64,000 nucleotides of DNA from assembly GCA_937980205.1 (NCBI GenBank), contig CALJKW010000016.1:201735-265734 (forward strand), written 5' to 3'. The notes under the pieces are model-generated. The model was not told the DNA's origin, searched no databases, and was given only the letters and a program-made list of their open reading frames with translations. The number at the start of each line of letters is the position of its first letter. Position 1 is the first letter of the stretch. Positions 61,469 to 64,000 of the stretch are shown in pieces. The position numbers and the translations under genes are program-made. This DNA comes from an uncultured Myxococcales bacterium. GTDB lineage: Bacteria; Myxococcota; Myxococcia; Myxococcales; Myxococcaceae.

Positions 61469-64000
61469 ATGCGCTCACTGTTCGTTGCTGCCGTCTCGTC
61501 TCTCGCGCTCGCGATCGCGGGCTGTGGTGGTGGTGGAAACCTGTGTGCTGGCAAGACGTGCCCAGCGGGTCAGTCGTGTGAGACGACGACCGGCCAGTGC
61601 GTCGGCGGCACGGGCGGTGGATCCGGCACGGGCGGCGGCACCAGTGGCACGGGTGGCGGCACGAGTGGAACCGGCGGCGGCTCGGCGACGGGCGGCGGTA
61701 TGGCGACGGGCGGCGGCTCGGCGACGGGCGGCGGCTCGGCGACGGGCGGCGGCTCGGCGACCGGCGGCGGCTCGGCGACGGGCGGTGGCTCGGCGACCGG
61801 CGGCGGCTCGGCGACCGGCGGCGGCTCGGCGACCGGCGGCGGCTCGGCGACCGGCGGTGGCTCGGCGACCGGCGGTGGCTCGGCGACCGGCGGTGGCTCG
61901 GCGACGGGCGGCGGCTCGGCGACCGGCGGCGGCAGCGGCGGCGGCATGGCGACGGGCGGCGGCAGCGCCACCGGCGGCGGTATGGCGACGGGCGGCGGCT
62001 CCGGCGGTGGTATGGCGACGGGCGGCGGTTCGGGGACGGGTGGCGGCGCGGCGGGCGGTGCCGGCGGCGGCGCCATGATGCCGGGAGGTGAGACGTGCGC
62101 GAACGCGCCGGTCATCACTGCGGGCGTCATCACCGGTTCGACGGCTGGCCTTTCGAACGACTACTACTTCTCGTCCGCCACTGGCGGGTGCCTGCAGCAG
62201 TCGTCGAGCTCGGCGGGCGCGCCTGACGTCGTTTTCCAGATCAGCGTGCCCCCGAACAACCGCCTCGCGGTCAGCTCGGCAGCGAGCTGGGACATGGTGC
62301 TGCACCTCGTGGCGGGCCCGGCGACGAACTGCGGCTCGGGCAACCCGACGACGGGGATCATGTGCGTCGACAGCTCCGACAGCTTCTCGTCGCCCGAGAC
62401 CGCCGACTACGCGAATCTGACGACTGCTCCCCAGACGATCTTCATCATCCTCGACGGGTACGGGGCGACCAACAGCGGGGCGTACACGCTCACCACGACC
62501 CTGACTGCGATTCCGCCCGGCGACACGTGTGCTGACGCGGTCCTCGTGACCGGCGCTCAGACGAACCAGTCGATGATGAACTACGCCCACGACTACACCG
62601 CAGGAACGGGCTGTGCGACCGGTTCGACGAACGTCGACCGCGTCTACCGCGTGGCGGTGCCGAACAACCAGCGGCTCACCGCGACCGTCGCGGCGAGCGC
62701 CGGAGCGACGTTCGATCCGACGGTGAACCTCGTCATCGGTACCTGCTCGGCCACCCTGACGTGCGTGGCGGGTGCCAACGCGACTGGCGCGGCGGGCACC
62801 GAGAGTGTCGTCTACGACAACATCAGCGGGATGGCTCAGGACGTGTACGTCGTCGTCGATACGTCGGTCTCGAACCCGATGGGCACCTTCGACCTCGGCA
62901 TCACGCTCGGCGCCATCGGGCCGGCGGGTGACTCGTGTGGAAACGCGTCGCCGACCATTTCGTCGTCGATGTCGCTGACGAACCAGTCGTTTGCGACGTT
63001 CGCGAACAACTACAACTCGAACGGCCAGGCGACCTGCCGCTACGGAGCCGGGCCTGACCGGGCGTACCTCGTGAACATCCCCGCGGGTCAGGTGCTTCGG
63101 GCGACCGCGACCGGCGCAGGCGCAGACGGCGGCCCCGATCTCGCGCTGTCGATCGCAGCGGCTTCGGTTGAGTGCGGCACCGGACCGTGCCTCGCGGGCT
63201 CCGACGGCACGGGTCTTTCTGAGACGGTGACGTTCTCGAACTTCCCCGGCGACGGCGGTGTTCAGAGCGTCCGCGTGATCGTCGACTCGAAGGTCGCGGC
63301 TCCGGCGGACAACTTCTCCATCGCGTTCGACATCTCGCCGCCTCCCCCCGGCGACACGTGCGCCACGGTCGGCGCTCCCATTACGGCGTCGGTCATGCTG
63401 CCCTCGGAGTCCCTCGCGACGTTCACCAGCGACTACAGCGGCTTCTCGGGCAACTGCCAGTTCGGCCTCGGACCCGATCGTGCCTACCAGATCAACATCC
63501 CGGCGATGAATCGGCTGCGCGTCACGGCGCAGGCAACGGGCACCGGCGACCTCACGATCGACCTCATCGATCCGCCGGCGACGAACTGCTCCAACAGCGG
63601 GCCGTGCATCGCCTACGGTGACGCGACCGGCGGCGGCGGCGCTGAGACCCTCACGTTGGACAACACCACCGGCGCGATGCGCACGGTGTTCCTGGTGGTC
63701 GACCGCTTCACGGGCCCGCCGGCGAGCGGCGAGACGTTCAGCCTCAACGTGAACATCGGGCCCATTCCGGCGGCGCCGATGGACGACACCTGCGGCGGCG
63801 CGACGCCCATCACGATGTCGGGCACCCTGACGATGCAGTCCACGATTGGGTACGCCAACGAGTACAACGCAGGGATGATGTGCTCGCCGAATCTGTACAA
63901 CACGCCGGGCCCCGATCGGGTCTATTCGGTGTCGGTCGCTCCGGGGCAGATGCTCAGCGTCACTGCTACTCCGACCGGCGGAAGCGGCAGCCAGTCTGAT
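61469..64000 (+). CDS. Large secreted lipoprotein whose 3' end lies outside the window. It has a lipobox, a Gly-rich 7-aa (21-bp) tandem repeat tract, then at least five tandem ~110-aa Cys-containing modules that resemble the pre-peptidase C-terminal (PPC) domain.
   Basis: ATG at 61469 gives MRSLFVAAVSSLALAIAGC. It is followed by (GGGSATG)n encoded by about 14 copies of a 21-bp unit at roughly 61670-61935. The modules begin GETCANAPVITAG, GDTCADAVLVTGA, GDSCGNASPTISS, GDTCATVGAPITA and DDTCGGATPITMS. The frame is open to the window end and is absent from the ORF track because no stop lies in the window. Confidence 0.6.
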   Translation, partial: MRSLFVAAVSSLALAIAGCGGGGNLCAGKTCPAGQSCETTTGQCVGGTGGGSGTGGGTSGTGGGTSGTGGGSATGGGMATGGGSATGGGSATGGGSATGGGSATGGGSATGGGSATGGGSATGGGSATGGGSATGGGSATGGGSATGGGSATGGGSGGGMATGGGSATGGGMATGGGSGGGMATGGGSGTGGGAAGGAGGGAMMPGGETCANAPVITAGVITGSTAGLSNDYYFSSATGGCLQQSSSSAGAPDVVFQISVPPNNRLAVSSAASWDMVLHLVAGPATNCGSGNPTTGIMCVDSSDSFSSPETADYANLTTAPQTIFIILDGYGATNSGAYTLTTTLTAIPPGDTCADAVLVTGAQTNQSMMNYAHDYTAGTGCATGSTNVDRVYRVAVPNNQRLTATVAASAGATFDPTVNLVIGTCSATLTCVAGANATGAAGTESVVYDNISGMAQDVYVVVDTSVSNPMGTFDLGITLGAIGPAGDSCGNASPTISSSMSLTNQSFATFANNYNSNGQATCRYGAGPDRAYLVNIPAGQVLRATATGAGADGGPDLALSIAAASVECGTGPCLAGSDGTGLSETVTFSNFPGDGGVQSVRVIVDSKVAAPADNFSIAFDISPPPPGDTCATVGAPITASVMLPSESLATFTSDYSGFSGNCQFGLGPDRAYQINIPAMNRLRVTAQATGTGDLTIDLIDPPATNCSNSGPCIAYGDATGGGGAETLTLDNTTGAMRTVFLVVDRFTGPPASGETFSLNVNIGPIPAAPMDDTCGGATPITMSGTLTMQSTIGYANEYNAGMMCSPNLYNTPGPDRVYSVSVAPGQMLSVTATPTGGSGSQSD

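Noticed and set aside
61475-62590. ORFs 61475..62590 (-), 61570..62133 (-), 61485..62078 (+) and 61597..62091 (+) over the 21-bp repeat array, and the possibility that the array is a CRISPR locus
   Set aside because: All are alternative frames of the same tandem repeat. The repeats are contiguous with no spacers, so this is not a CRISPR array. They are in frame with a signal-peptide-containing ORF starting at 61469 that continues as a structured protein.

Overview
This is a very GC-rich (about 70%) chromosomal segment that most plausibly comes from a myxobacterium (Myxococcota). The evidence is two proteins ending in MYXO-CTERM-type Cys-Gly tails, an FHA-sigma54 activator, ECF sigma/anti-sigma and Ser/Thr kinase genes, DUF1552/DUF1592 and DUF4388 genes, and Cys-rich RCC1-repeat proteins. 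Core housekeeping genes are recognisable. These are holB (Pol III delta-prime), holA (delta), metG, a TatD-family hydrolase, the glycolytic/secretion cluster gap-pgk-tpiA-secG followed by tRNA-Leu(GAG), and a second tRNA (Gln-TTG-like) on the opposite strand. Between them lie signalling, envelope and secreted-protein genes. The six-frame ORF track is dominated by long antisense or frame-shifted ORFs with Arg/Ala-rich translations, as expected for high-GC DNA. The real genes were picked by domain and motif content, 4-nt start/stop overlaps with neighbours, and Shine-Dalgarno placement. Start positions are less certain than the reading frames. No CRISPR array, integrase or transposase was found. 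Part 2 lists the non-routine features as findings. The more notable ones are an ECF sigma / anti-sigma / caspase-like / Ser-Thr kinase / lipoprotein operon, and a multidomain c-di-GMP-type protein with a degenerate HD-GYP domain next to a stand-alone YhaM-like OB-fold gene. There is also a tRNA-Lys(CTT)-like copy with a broken 5' acceptor strand in front of an SPFH gene. A short repeat family occurs once as an inverted pair around an AT-rich palindrome and once beside a tRNA. Other findings include a tri-DsbA fusion, a partial giant lipoprotein built from tandem repeats, divergent genes whose start codons overlap, and several candidate operator and terminator structures.
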